NCBI RefSeq assembly: GCF_963921235.1
Contig: NC_086097.1
Coordinates: 174,904,001 to 174,968,000 of the forward strand
Direction: 5' to 3'
Length of the DNA stretch: 64,000 nucleotides
Source of the DNA: Mobula hypostoma
Taxonomy: Eukaryota
Below the pieces are notes generated by a model. That model made no database searches and had not been told where the DNA came from. It saw only the letters and a program-made list of their open reading frames with translations. Shown one piece after another: positions 62,852-64,000 of this stretch. The position numbers and the translations under genes are program-made. How positions within the stretch are numbered: the first letter of the stretch is position 1; the number at the start of each line of letters is the position of its first letter.

Positions 62852-64000
62852 AGAATCAGGTTTATTATCACCAGCATGTAACGTGAAATTTGTTAACTTA
62901 GCAGCAGCAGTTCAATGCAATCCATAATCTAGCAGAGACACAAAAAAAAAGTAAATTAATTACATATATTGAATAGATTTTTTAAAATGTCCAAAAACAG
63001 AAATACTGTATATTAAAAAAAAGTGAGGTAGTGTCCAAAGATTCAATGTCCATTTAGGAATTGGATGGCAGAGGGGAAGAAGCTGTTCCTGAATCACTGA
63101 GTGCGTGCCTTCAGGTTTCTGTACCTCCTACCTGATGGTAACAGCGAGAAAAGGGCATGCCCTGGGTGCTGGAGGTCCTTAATAATGGATGGGGCCTTTA
63201 TGAGACACCGCTCCCTAAAGATGTCCTGAGTACTTTGTAAGCTAGTGCTCAAGATGGAGCTGACTAGATTTACAACCTTCTGCAGCTTCTTTTGGTCCTG
63301 TGAAGTAGCCCCTCCACACCAGACAGTGATGCAGCTTGTCAGAATTGTCTCCACAGTACAACTAAAGAAGTTTTTGAGTGTATTTGTTGACATGCAAAAT
63401 CGCTTCAAACTCCTAACAAAGTATAGCTGCTGTCTTGCCTTCTTTATAATTACTTCAATATTTTAGGACCAGGTTAGATCCTCAGAGATCTTGACACCTA
63501 GGAAATTGAAGCTGCTCACTCTCTCCACTTCCGTTCCCTCTATGAGGATTGGTATGTGTTCCTTCGTCTTATCCTTCCTGAAGTCCACAATCAGCTCTTT
63601 CGTCTTACTGAGTAGAGTGCCATGTTGTTGCTGTGGCACCATTCCACTAGTTGCATTATCTCACTCCCGTATGCCCTCTCGTCACCACCTGAGATTCTAC
63701 CAACAATAGTTATCAGCAAATTTATAGATGGTATTTGAGCTCTGCCTAGCCACATAGTCATATATAGAGAGTAGAACAGTGGGCTAAGCACACACCCGAG
63801 GTGCACCAGTGTTGATCGTCAGCTAGGAGGATATGTTATCACCAATCCGCAGATTGTGGTCTTCCAGTTAGGAAGTCGAGGATCCAACTGCAGAGGGAGG
63901 TATAGAGGCCCAGGTTCTGCAACTTCTCAATCGAGATTCTGGGAATGATGGTATTAAATGCTGAGCTACAGGCGATGAACAGCATCCTGACATAGGTGTG
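62852..64000 (-). mobile_element. Rex1/Babar-like LINE RT/C-terminal fragment, runs off the window edge
   Basis: GAPRVC/GCVLSPLFYSLY, KFAD, ETILTSCITVWCG..KKLQKVVN..HPGHALFSLLPSGRRYRNL. Tail gataataaacctgattctg. Confidence 0.9.

Overview
Eukaryotic, repeat-rich vertebrate DNA. The repeat content (V-SINE/HE1-like, Deu-SINE-like, abundant CR1, Rex1/Babar-like, RTE and Penelope fragments) suggests a cartilaginous fish; this is an inference. The window holds the 3' ends of two convergent spliced genes: the last three coding exons of NIPAL2 (+ strand, 1801-18820) and the last five coding exons of POP1, the RNase P/MRP subunit (- strand, 46295-60869). All have GT-AG borders and consistent phases. 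Between them is a ~12.9 kb G-rich satellite (21608-34534) built on a 28-bp monomer with kb-scale internal duplications. Its C-rich strand is almost stop-free, which explains the giant Pro/His/Ser ORFs. The rest is decayed, often nested retroelements. The most interesting hidden signal is a dispersed family of Penelope-associated minimal type I hammerhead-ribozyme motifs (consensus CAGUC-CUGAUGA-A-GGGU-CUCG-GCCC-GAAA-C-GUC-GACUG). One copy is in sense orientation in the putative NIPAL2 3' UTR, and some occur as back-to-back palindromes. Every copy I read carries core mutations. Also present are a perfect 131-bp templated inverted duplication and an unusual three-TIR Tc1 derivative. Family names come from motif recognition, not database searches, and TE boundaries are approximate.
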